64,000 nucleotides of DNA from positions 18,228 through 82,227 of the forward strand of contig JAKEFM010000212.1 of assembly GCA_022616055.1 (NCBI GenBank). Direction: 5' to 3'. The notes under the pieces were generated by a model. The model was not told the origin of the DNA, searched no databases, and worked only from the letters and a program-made list of their open reading frames with translations. The translations under genes and the position numbers were made by a program. Below are positions 43,329-51,371 of this stretch, piece by piece (position 1 is the stretch's first letter; every line of letters starts with the position of its first letter). This DNA is from Planctomycetota bacterium. GTDB lineage: Bacteria; Planctomycetota; UBA1135; JAKEFM01.

Positions 43329-44645
43329 TCAATCCTCGGGGCGAAGGCCCGAGCCCCGGAGCATCCAGTAGGGGAGGAGGTAGTCGACCCCCGCGAACTC
43401 GCTGGTGCCCCGGGCGCCCGGGTCCTCGACGACGCGGAAGGGGTCGGAGGTCCAGATGAACGAGCCGGCGGGCCTCCGGTGGACGGGGACGGCGCGCTTC
43501 GTCCGGGCGCGGAAGTCGGTCCCGGGCAGGCAACGGCGGCCGAGGATCGGGAGGAGGTCGCGGTTGTCCGTGGCGTACCGGATCTTCTCTGTGGGAAAGA
43601 GGCGGAGCGAGCCGACGGCCTCCTCGAACGCTCCCGGAGCCCGCGCTCCGAGGTGGCGGTGGACGATCGCGGCGAACAGCGCGTTGGCGTTCCCGCGCAC
43701 CATCCCCCATCCCCGCTCGAGGCCCGCGAGGTAGGCCTCCCGGATCTCCGGGTCCTTCTCGAGCGAGAGGAGCCCGTCGAGACAGAGGAGGGTCATGTTG
43801 TCGTTGTCGAAGTTCCCGATCCCGAGGATCCGGTAGAACCCCGAACCCACCCGTCCGGGCCACCCGTCCCGGACGAGGTCGGCGTACCGCCGGGCGTGAC
43901 GCTCCTCCCCCGTCGCTTCCGCGGCGACCTTCGCGGCGAGGAGGACGACCCCCGCGTTCACGCCGTTGGCGAAGAGGCCGAGGACGCGGCCCGACAGGTT
44001 CCCGTGGGTCGTGCGCCGCCCCTTCTCCCGGATCTCGAGGTCGTTGGAGAAGATGTGATCGGAGATCGGTCCGACGGCCGCCGCGACCTCCCTCCGCAGC
44101 TCCTCGTCGGAGGCGCGCGCGAGGGCCGTCGTGAAGCCGAAGAGGACCATCGCGTACTGGTCCCGGCTCGATTCGCCCCGGAAGGAGAATCGTTCGAACG
44201 GGGGCGCGCCGCGCTGGAAGCGAGCGTCGAACGGCGGACCCTCGAAGGCGCTCCGCGCGACATATCCCGGCTCCCCGGTGACGCGCTGGAGGAGGAGCAG
44301 CGCGCTCGCCCTGCGCCGGGCGGCGACGAGGACGTCCTCCTCTCCCGTCGCGGCGTGGCGCCAGGCCTCGGCGGCGAGGAGGCAGCCGGTCCACGCCGCC
44401 TGGTCCGAGAGGCCGCCGTACCGGATCCGGGGAAGCGGCGCGCCCAGCTGGCGGGCCTCCGTCGGGCCGTCGTAGAGGAGGAGACCCTCGGGCGAGAGGT
44501 GGTGGTTCTCGAGGTCGCGCTGCCAGATCCCCGCCTTCTCCCCCAGCGTGGCGAGCGGGATCTCCGGCGGTCGGACGACCCCGGTCACCCGGGGGATGCA
44601 TCCGGCGAGGAGAAGGGGTCCGAGGAGAGGGGCCGCGCCTCGCAA
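43329..44645 (-). CDS. Lipoprotein of unknown function (possibly an alpha/alpha-toroid fold)
   Basis: MRGAAPLLGPLLLAGC lipobox. 438 aa with globular composition. First gene of a same-strand string running to 38152. Confidence 0.7.
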   Translation of the reverse strand: MRGAAPLLGPLLLAGCIPRVTGVVRPPEIPLATLGEKAGIWQRDLENHHLSPEGLLLYDGPTEARQLGAPLPRIRYGGLSDQAAWTGCLLAAEAWRHAATGEEDVLVAARRRASALLLLQRVTGEPGYVARSAFEGPPFDARFQRGAPPFERFSFRGESSRDQYAMVLFGFTTALARASDEELRREVAAAVGPISDHIFSNDLEIREKGRRTTHGNLSGRVLGLFANGVNAGVVLLAAKVAAEATGEERHARRYADLVRDGWPGRVGSGFYRILGIGNFDNDNMTLLCLDGLLSLEKDPEIREAYLAGLERGWGMVRGNANALFAAIVHRHLGARAPGAFEEAVGSLRLFPTEKIRYATDNRDLLPILGRRCLPGTDFRARTKRAVPVHRRPAGSFIWTSDPFRVVEDPGARGTSEFAGVDYLLPYWMLRGSGLRPED

Positions 44646-44853
44646 GGCGGCGGAGTTTACCCACCCGCGACCCGGGATCCGCCCGGCCCGGAGGAACGCG
44701 CGGCGAGGTGAAAACCCCCGCCCTCTTCACGGTTCCTTCAGACCGTCCGTAGACGGTGGGGCCTGCCGCCGTCTCCCGGGGGCGGGTCCCGTTCTTGCAA
44801 CGGTGACCGGCGTCGCGCCCGGTGCTACTCACGCTCGAACCCCAGGAGCCTGG

Positions 44854-45951
44854 TTGAGTCTCCGTACTGGAGGGTGGTCCGGACTAGCGCGGTGGGCCCT
44901 CCGGGTCGTCCTCGCCCTCTCCGCCGCAGTCCTCGTCGCGAGCCACGCCTGGGGCTACAAGCACCTGCGGCTCTCTCGGCCCCGGAACATCGGGAACCTC
45001 CCCTCGAGCCTCCTCCAGCTCCCCGACCCCGGCGGCTCCGGCGCCTACCGCTTCGCCGTGATCGGGGACCCGGAGGACGGGATCGAGGTCTTCGAGCGCA
45101 GCCTCGTCGCCATGAAGGAGCGGGGATGCGCTTTCGCCGTGATCTGCGGCGACCTCGTGAAGGAGCCGGACGCCGCGGCCTACGACTTCTTCCTCTCCGA
45201 GTTCGCGGAGGGGGATTTCCCCGGCCCCGTCTTCACCGTGATCGGGAACCACGACGCCCCGCGGGGGGACGATCGGCTGTTCCGGACACACTTCGGGTCC
45301 CCGAACTTCGTCTTCGAGTTCCGGGGCGACCTCTTCGTGGGGATCGACAACGCGCGGGGGATGACGGAGGAGTCGAAGCGGTTCCTCGAGGAGACCCTCC
45401 GGGAGAAGCGGCCGGGGACCCGCCGCGCCTTCGTCTTCGCCCACTGCCCCTTCTTCCGGGTCGCGCATCACGGGACGAAGATGGAGCCGACGCCCACCGC
45501 CTGGTTCGTGGAGGCCGAGCGCCTCTTCGCCCGGCATCGAGTCGACGCCGTCTTCGCCGGGCACCTTCACGGCTACCGCCGGGAGGTCCGGGACGGCGTC
45601 CTCCACGTCGTCACGGGGGGCGCGGGGGGATGGCTGGACGAGCCGGAGGCCTTCAACCACTACGTCGAGGTCGAGGTCGACGGCGAGGGCGCCCGGGACG
45701 AGATCGTGCCGCTCGCTCCGATCTCCTCCGGCGAGCGGATCGAGCAGACGGCGGAGAAGATCCTCGTCCGGTACGTCTTCTTCACGTTCTGGACCCGGCC
45801 GGGGATGTACCTGCTCCTCCTCCTCTTCGTCCCCCTCTATCTCCTCTCGCGCGGCGGCGGGGGAGGTCGTCGCGGGACGTCTCCGGGGGTGTCGGCCCTG
45901 CGCGGCCTGCGTCACGCGCTAGCCGGGCGCTTCTCGGGCCCGATCACGTAG
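44854..45951 (+). CDS. Membrane-anchored calcineurin-like metallophosphoesterase
   Basis: TTG 44854 with SD AGGAG is preferred, because the region upstream in the track ORF is junk. N-terminal TM. Motifs VIGDPED, ICGDLV, GNHD and GHLHGY. C-terminal TM (MYLLLLLFVPLYLL). Confidence 0.8.
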   Translation: MSLRTGGWSGLARWALRVVLALSAAVLVASHAWGYKHLRLSRPRNIGNLPSSLLQLPDPGGSGAYRFAVIGDPEDGIEVFERSLVAMKERGCAFAVICGDLVKEPDAAAYDFFLSEFAEGDFPGPVFTVIGNHDAPRGDDRLFRTHFGSPNFVFEFRGDLFVGIDNARGMTEESKRFLEETLREKRPGTRRAFVFAHCPFFRVAHHGTKMEPTPTAWFVEAERLFARHRVDAVFAGHLHGYRREVRDGVLHVVTGGAGGWLDEPEAFNHYVEVEVDGEGARDEIVPLAPISSGERIEQTAEKILVRYVFFTFWTRPGMYLLLLLFVPLYLLSRGGGGGRRGTSPGVSALRGLRHALAGRFSGPIT

Positions 45952-48245
45952 CGGTGGTACGCCCAGGAGGCGGCGACGAGGACCATCCCCGTCCCGAGGA
46001 AGGAGAAGATCCGGTAGACGAGGTCGACCTGAGAGAGATCGACGAAAAGGATCTTGACGATCGTGGCGCCGAAGACGACGAGGCCGAAGCGCCGCAGGAC
46101 CGCGTCCCCTCGCGCGATGCCGATCGCGAGGATCCCCATGGCGGCGCCCCCCCACGTGAGGGTGAGAGCGGTCTGCGCGGCGGTGCCTAGGAAGCGCGCC
46201 TCGAGGAGAAGGTCCCACGGCGAGCGCGCGGCCGCCTCGACGGCGAGCCCGACCGTCTCCCCCGACAGCAGGGCGAGGAGGACGGCCACCCCCACCGACT
46301 TCGTCGCCGCGAGGTGCCAACCCGGCGACGGCCCGCGGGAGAAGCGCCGGTCGACCGCGGGCGAGAGCAGGATCCCCGCCGCGTAGACCGCCAGCAGGAC
46401 CGCCCGGCCGTTGGCGAGGAAACGCCAGTCGGCGACCTCCAGGGAGAGAGCGAAGAAACGAGCGGGGTTGGCCCCGACCGGCCGGTCGAGGAGGCCGGCC
46501 GACTCGGAAGCGAGGATCACGACGCCGACCATCCACGCCGCGTGGTCGAGGCCTCGGCCGAACGCGTCGGACCGCCCGCGCAGGCCGGCGAGACCGCGGG
46601 CCGAGAGCCAGAAAACCGCGGCCGCGGCGATCCAGAAGACGCACCGGGCGTTCGCGAAGGGGAGGTATCCGCCGATCGGCGCCGCGAAGGACATCACGAC
46701 CCAGGGCGCCCGCCCGTCCGCGTGAGAGGCAAGCCCGGCGAACTCGCTCCCCACGGCGAGCGCCATCCAGAGCGTGCCGAGAAGCCAAGAGACCGGGACC
46801 CTCCCGCGACGCGTGCGGCCGAGGAAGTGCGCGCAGAGCGCCGCCGCGACCAGGGCCGCCCCCGCCGCGGTCCAGGTCGAGACGCGCTCGTTCCAGAAGG
46901 GAATCCAGGGTGCCCTGGATGGCCGGTAGTCGAACCAGTGGTGGAAGACGAGCCCACGGGAGATGACCCAGCCGTGGAGGAGTACCGCCCCGAGCCGGAC
47001 GAGCGGGAGGTTCGTTCGGGCGGCCAGCCCCCCGACGACCGCCGCCCACGCCGCGAGGAGGACGGTAAGCGTCGCGTCCTCGAACCCCCGCGCGAGCCCC
47101 TCCGTGAAGAGGAGCCCCCCGAGGCCGAACAGGATCGCCGGGAACCTGGCGAGCTCCGGTTCCCGCGCCGCCCGGCGCCCGAATGCGAGGCCCATCCCCG
47201 CGAACGCCGCAGCGAGGGTGAAGGAGAGGAGTGAGGCGGCGAGGTCGCGGTCCGGCCCGAGGAGCCAGAGCGCCGCCGGCGCGTAGAGGGACGTAGGGAG
47301 GAGCATCCCGGCGAGGTCTTGGACCCCGTCGACCCGCCCTCGCGAGAAGGCCCTCGCGACGGGCGCGGCGAGGAAGACGGCGTAGAAGAGCGAGAGGAAG
47401 CGGAGCGTCGGGACGAGCTTCGTCCCGTCGTAGTGGCGCTCCGTCCAGGCCTGGAAGAGGAGTGCCGTCCCTGCCCACCCGATCCACTCGGTCAGCCTCC
47501 ACCCCTTCCTCCAGGAGACGACGACCAGCCCCGCGTCGAGGACGAGGAGGAAGGTCATCAGCGCGACCTGGCGGTCCATCCCCGTGTCGAGCATGACCGG
47601 CGTGAAGAAGCCGCCGAGCTGCGCGAGGACGGCGAGGGGGAGCGAGCCCCACCGGAGGGCGAGGAGCACCCCTCCGAGGGTGACCCCCGCCGACAGGGCG
47701 AAGGCGAGGGGGTCGCCGAAGAACCCGTAGAAGGCGTGCCCCGCGTAGACCGTCAGGTAGAGGAGAGCGATCCCTCCCCCGGTCAGCCCGGCTCCGAAGC
47801 GGGAATAGGCGCGGCGCCGGGCGACCTCCCCGCCGAGGACCAGGCCGAGACCGGCGGCGAACCCGCTCGCGACGCGGAGCGAGGGGGAGATCCAGCCCCG
47901 CTCGAAGGAGAGTTTCAGGAGGAAGGCGAACCCGAGGAAGATCGCCGCGAGGCCGAGGCGCTGGAGGAGGCTCCCGCCGATGAGGGACTCGAGGTCGGGT
48001 CGCGGGGGCTTCTCCCGGCCCGGGTCCGCGCGCCTGCCTCGCCAGGGTTGGAACCGCCTGCCCGAGGGCGGAGGCTCCGTCGTCCGCGGGGTCTCGCCAG
48101 GGGGAGAGGCCTCGGGGACTCTCGCCCCCGGCGAGCCAGTCCGCTCGAGGTCCGCGATGCGCCGCTCGAGCTCCTCGACGCGCCGCTGGAGTTCCCGGTG
48201 CCGGTCCTCGGGAGACGGGTCCAAGGGATCCTGCCGCTCCGCCAC
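45912..48245 (-). CDS. DUF2339 polytopic membrane protein
   Basis: N-terminal coiled coil (ELQRRVEELERRIADLER) followed by about 20 TM helices, the typical DUF2339 architecture. Confidence 0.85.
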   Translation of the reverse strand: MAERQDPLDPSPEDRHRELQRRVEELERRIADLERTGSPGARVPEASPPGETPRTTEPPPSGRRFQPWRGRRADPGREKPPRPDLESLIGGSLLQRLGLAAIFLGFAFLLKLSFERGWISPSLRVASGFAAGLGLVLGGEVARRRAYSRFGAGLTGGGIALLYLTVYAGHAFYGFFGDPLAFALSAGVTLGGVLLALRWGSLPLAVLAQLGGFFTPVMLDTGMDRQVALMTFLLVLDAGLVVVSWRKGWRLTEWIGWAGTALLFQAWTERHYDGTKLVPTLRFLSLFYAVFLAAPVARAFSRGRVDGVQDLAGMLLPTSLYAPAALWLLGPDRDLAASLLSFTLAAAFAGMGLAFGRRAAREPELARFPAILFGLGGLLFTEGLARGFEDATLTVLLAAWAAVVGGLAARTNLPLVRLGAVLLHGWVISRGLVFHHWFDYRPSRAPWIPFWNERVSTWTAAGAALVAAALCAHFLGRTRRGRVPVSWLLGTLWMALAVGSEFAGLASHADGRAPWVVMSFAAPIGGYLPFANARCVFWIAAAAVFWLSARGLAGLRGRSDAFGRGLDHAAWMVGVVILASESAGLLDRPVGANPARFFALSLEVADWRFLANGRAVLLAVYAAGILLSPAVDRRFSRGPSPGWHLAATKSVGVAVLLALLSGETVGLAVEAAARSPWDLLLEARFLGTAAQTALTLTWGGAAMGILAIGIARGDAVLRRFGLVVFGATIVKILFVDLSQVDLVYRIFSFLGTGMVLVAASWAYHRYVIGPEKRPASA

Positions 48246-48318
48246 GGTATGCCCCGGACGGGGCCCGGTATCGTACGGGCCTCGTCCGCGTGAGGGTTCC
48301 CTTGCGCGGAACGATCGC

Positions 48319-48324
48319 TATACT
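48319..48324 (+). promoter_or_regulatory. -10-like hexamer TATACT upstream of glnA (candidate promoter element)
   Basis: An AT hexamer matching TATAAT at 5 of 6 positions in a ~70% GC background. No convincing -35 at 16-18 nt. Confidence 0.2.
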
Positions 48325-48390
48325 CGCGCGCCCATGCCGGGACGGGCGGGCGACGCGCATGGGATTCGTCGGCCGCTCGAAGTCCCCCGA

Positions 48391-48527
48391 CCCCTCTCGG
48401 CTCGCGAGAGGGGAAAGCCCGCGCCCTCCGCCGATCCGCGGCTCCCCGTTCATCCGCGCGGGGTGATCCCCGCGCTTCCCGATCGTCGGCCGCCCTCCGG
48501 GACGGCCGATTCCGTTTCTTTCTCTTC
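48391..48527 (+). promoter_or_regulatory. Structured glnA 5' leader: three strong hairpins, the last terminator-like with a pyrimidine/U-rich tail
   Basis: Hairpins at 48391-48413 (9 bp perfect), 48456-48475 (8 bp perfect) and 48487-48508 (9 bp with a 1-nt bulge). The last is followed by attccgtttctttctcttc (48509-48527), ending 27 nt before the glnA ATG. Confidence 0.4.
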
Positions 48528-48554
48528 CCCCGACCGAGGACCAGGGAGGTGACG

Positions 48555-50072
48555 ATGCCGACCGAGAAGACGAACGTCCGAGAGAAGACGGCTCCGAAGA
48601 CCCCGGACGCGGCGGCCCCGAAGGCGCCGGCCGCGCCCGCCGGGTCGGCCGAGCGGATCCACGAGCTGTGCCGCAAGGCCGGCGCGCGGGTGATCGACCT
48701 GCGCTTCTGCGACCTCTTCGGGACCCTCCAGCATTTCTCGATCAGCCTCACCGAGTGCGACGAGGGGCTCTTCGGGCTCGGGATCGGGTTCGACGGATCG
48801 AGCATCCGGGGCTTCCAGCAGATCCACGAGAGCGACATGGTGCTCCTCCCCGACCCGGAGACGGCGCACCTCGACCCCTGCTACCAGGTCCCGACGGTCG
48901 CCCTCATGTGCGACGTGATCGACCCGATCACGCGCGAGCCCTACTCCCGCGACCCCCGCCAGGTCGCGCGGAAGGCGGAGGCCCACCTCAAGGCGACCGG
49001 GATCGCGGAGACCTCGTTCTGGGGACCCGAGCTCGAGTTCTTCGTCTTCGACCACGTCCGCTTCGACCAGAACAGCCACGAGGGCTACTTCTTCATCGAC
49101 TCGGACGACGGGATCTGGAACAGCGGGAAGGACCGCAACGGGGACCCCGGCACCCGCAATCACGGCTACCGCCCCCGTTACAAGGAGGGGTACTTCCCCC
49201 TCCCGCCCGTCGACCACCTCCAGGATTTCCGCTCCCGCGCGATCGAGAAGATGGAGCGGGCGGGGATCCGGGTCGAGGTCCACCACCACGAGGTCGCGAC
49301 CGCGGGTCAGTGCGAGATCGACATGCGCTACCAGACCCTGCGGAAGATGGGCGACCAGGTGATGCTCTACAAGCACGTCCTCCGCAACGTCGCCCGCGAG
49401 CACGGCAAGACCGTCACCTTCATGCCGAAGCCCCTCTACGGGGACAACGGCACGGGGATGCACGTCCACTCGAGCCTCTGGAAGGGGGGGAAGAACCTCT
49501 TCTACGACGAGAAGGGGTACGCCCTCCTCTCGAAGACGGCGATGCACTACATCGGCGGCCTGCTGAAGCACGGCCCCGCGATCCTCGCCCTCGCCGCCCC
49601 GACGACGAACTCCTACCGCCGCCTCGTGCCGGGCTACGAGGCGCCCGTGAACCTCGTCTACTCGGCCCGCAACCGCTCGGCGGCGGTCCGCATCCCGATG
49701 TACTTCACGACGCCGGGGGCGAAGCGGATCGAGTTCCGGCCGCCCGACCCCTCGTCGAACCCCTACCTCACCTTCGCCGCGATCCTGCTGGCGGGCCTCG
49801 ACGGGATCGAGAGGAAGATCGACCCGGGCGACCCGCTCGACGTCGACGTCTACGAGCTCAGCCCCGAGGAGGCGAGGAAGGTCCCGCAGGTGCCGGGCTC
49901 CCTCTCCGAGTCGCTCGAGGCGCTCGAGAAGGACCACGACTTCCTCCTCAAGGGGGGCGTCTTCACGCGCGACGTCCTCGAGACCTGGATCGAGACGAAG
50001 CGCAAGAAGGAGATCGACGCGGTGAGGCTCCGGCCCCACCCCTACGAGTTCTTCCTCTACTACGACGCGTAG
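48555..50072 (+). CDS. glnA: Glutamine synthetase type I
   Basis: SD GGGAGG lies 5 nt upstream of ATG 48555 (GTG 48549 is also possible). Motifs FDGSSIRGF, GPELEFFVFD, KPLYGDNGTGMHVH, NSYRRLVPGYEAP and SARNRSAAVRIP. Adenylylation-site-like YELSPEE. Confidence 0.95.
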   Translation: MPTEKTNVREKTAPKTPDAAAPKAPAAPAGSAERIHELCRKAGARVIDLRFCDLFGTLQHFSISLTECDEGLFGLGIGFDGSSIRGFQQIHESDMVLLPDPETAHLDPCYQVPTVALMCDVIDPITREPYSRDPRQVARKAEAHLKATGIAETSFWGPELEFFVFDHVRFDQNSHEGYFFIDSDDGIWNSGKDRNGDPGTRNHGYRPRYKEGYFPLPPVDHLQDFRSRAIEKMERAGIRVEVHHHEVATAGQCEIDMRYQTLRKMGDQVMLYKHVLRNVAREHGKTVTFMPKPLYGDNGTGMHVHSSLWKGGKNLFYDEKGYALLSKTAMHYIGGLLKHGPAILALAAPTTNSYRRLVPGYEAPVNLVYSARNRSAAVRIPMYFTTPGAKRIEFRPPDPSSNPYLTFAAILLAGLDGIERKIDPGDPLDVDVYELSPEEARKVPQVPGSLSESLEALEKDHDFLLKGGVFTRDVLETWIETKRKKEIDAVRLRPHPYEFFLYYDA

Positions 50073-50112
50073 GCTCTCCCCTCCGGGGAGGCCGGTTCCG
50101 AGTTCTCAAGCG

Positions 50113-50132
50113 GGGGGCCCCCATGGGCCCCC
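50113..50132. terminator. GC hairpin between convergent glnA and the ATPase gene (candidate bidirectional terminator)
   Basis: gggggccc-ccat-gggccccc forms an 8-bp perfect stem. A second small hairpin ctcccc-tcc-ggggag lies at about 50075-50089. No U-tract. Confidence 0.3.
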
Positions 50133-50140
50133 TGCTCGCA

Positions 50141-51313
50141 TCACGGGTGGGCTCTCAGCCTCTTGAGCAGCCCCTCGATTCCGACGGCGCTCACCCCAGG
50201 CCGGAGGGCCTCGAGGGTCTCCGCCTCGCGCGTGGGGCGATGCACCACGAGGCGCTCGACCCGGTACCGCGACATCGACCGCGCGAGACGATCGAGCGAG
50301 TCGGCCATCCCCGGTCGCGCCGTGCGCGACGCCTTCGCCTCGACGAGGAGGAGCCGCCGGTGGCCGGCCGGGATGACGAAGTCGACCTCGAGACCCTTCA
50401 GGTCGCGGAAGTGATACACCTCCTTCCGGCGGCCCCCGCCGGTCTGCTCCTTCACGACCTCGGAGGCGACGAAGCCCTCGAAGAGCGCGCCTAGGAAGGG
50501 GGAATCGCGCAGCGTCGCCTCCGACTCGATTCCGAGGAGGTGGCAGGCGAGCCCGGAGTCGACGAAGTAGAGCTTCGGCGATTTCACGAGGCGCTTGCCG
50601 AGGTTCTCGAAGTACGGGGGGATGAGGAGGATCTGCTGGGTGACCTCGAGAATGCTCAGCCATTCCCCGATCGTGGGGATCGAGACGCCGAGGGAACAGG
50701 CGAGATCGGTCCGGTTGAGGAGTCCCCCGATCCGGCTCGCGACGAGGGCCAGGAATCGCCGGAACGTCGCGAGGTCGCGGATCGCGGTCACCGCCCGCAC
50801 GTCCCGCTCGAGATAGGTCTGGACGTAGGAGCGGAACCAGCTCGACGCCTCCGACGGTCGGGCGAGGGCCTCCGGAAAACCGCCCCGAAGGAGGGACACC
50901 TTCCCCGTCTCGCGGGTCGAGAGGGGGAGAAGCTCGAAGACGGCGGCCCTCCCCGCGAGCGACTCGGTCACCCCGCGCATGAGGGGGGCTTCCTGGGAGC
51001 CGGTCAGGATCCACGGGCCCTTCCTGCGGCGCGCGAGGTCGATCCGGGTGCGGACGTAGTTGAGGATCTCCGGGACGTTCTGGATCTCGTCGAGGATCGC
51101 GGGAGGGGCCAGGTCCTCGAGGAACCCGCGCGGATCCGACCGCACGCGGGCGACGACGTCGGGGTCCTCCATGAGGCGGTACGCGGCGCGCGGGAAGAGT
51201 CTCCGGAGGAGCGTCGTCTTCCCCGCCCGCCGGGGCCCCGTGAGGATCAGCGCTGGGGAGTGGCGGGCGGCGCGGGCGATCTCCCGCCCGAGACGGCGAG
51301 GGACGAAGCGCAT
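50141..51313 (-). CDS. AAA_14 / DUF4143 ATPase (paralog 2)
   Basis: Walker A GPRRAGKTTLL and Walker B AILDEIQ. The DUF4143-like C-terminus includes LEVDFVI. Confidence 0.88.
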   Translation of the reverse strand: MRFVPRRLGREIARAARHSPALILTGPRRAGKTTLLRRLFPRAAYRLMEDPDVVARVRSDPRGFLEDLAPPAILDEIQNVPEILNYVRTRIDLARRRKGPWILTGSQEAPLMRGVTESLAGRAAVFELLPLSTRETGKVSLLRGGFPEALARPSEASSWFRSYVQTYLERDVRAVTAIRDLATFRRFLALVASRIGGLLNRTDLACSLGVSIPTIGEWLSILEVTQQILLIPPYFENLGKRLVKSPKLYFVDSGLACHLLGIESEATLRDSPFLGALFEGFVASEVVKEQTGGGRRKEVYHFRDLKGLEVDFVIPAGHRRLLLVEAKASRTARPGMADSLDRLARSMSRYRVERLVVHRPTREAETLEALRPGVSAVGIEGLLKRLRAHP

Positions 51314-51320
51314 GGGATAA

Positions 51321-51341
51321 TTCTAAGGTTGCATCTTAGAA
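51321..51341. promoter_or_regulatory. AT-rich perfect inverted repeat TTCTAAG-N7-CTTAGAA immediately upstream of ATPase paralog 2
   Basis: A 7+7 perfect repeat in the lowest-GC patch of the window. On the minus strand it contains TAGAAT (-10-like) ending 6 nt before the ATG, and there is no SD, which is consistent with a leaderless mRNA. Confidence 0.5.
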
Positions 51342-51371
51342 AACACACGCCTTCGCTCCCCTTCCGCCCGG

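Noticed and set aside
48440-48530. Possible glutamine (glnA-motif) riboswitch, because the leader contains CGTTCATCC
   Set aside because: I could not find the other conserved elements as I remember them (GGAAGUAGG, a closing AAGGAACG pairing with CGUUC) in the right order on the glnA strand. It is retained only as an unclassified structured leader.
48334-48552. 72-aa ORF (MPGRAGDAHG...) within the glnA leader as a possible leader peptide or small protein
   Set aside because: It is R/P-rich with no SD, and it is part of a longer artefactual frame (47980..48552) that overlaps the DUF2339 gene in antisense. There is no run of regulatory codons (e.g. Gln) to support attenuation by translation.
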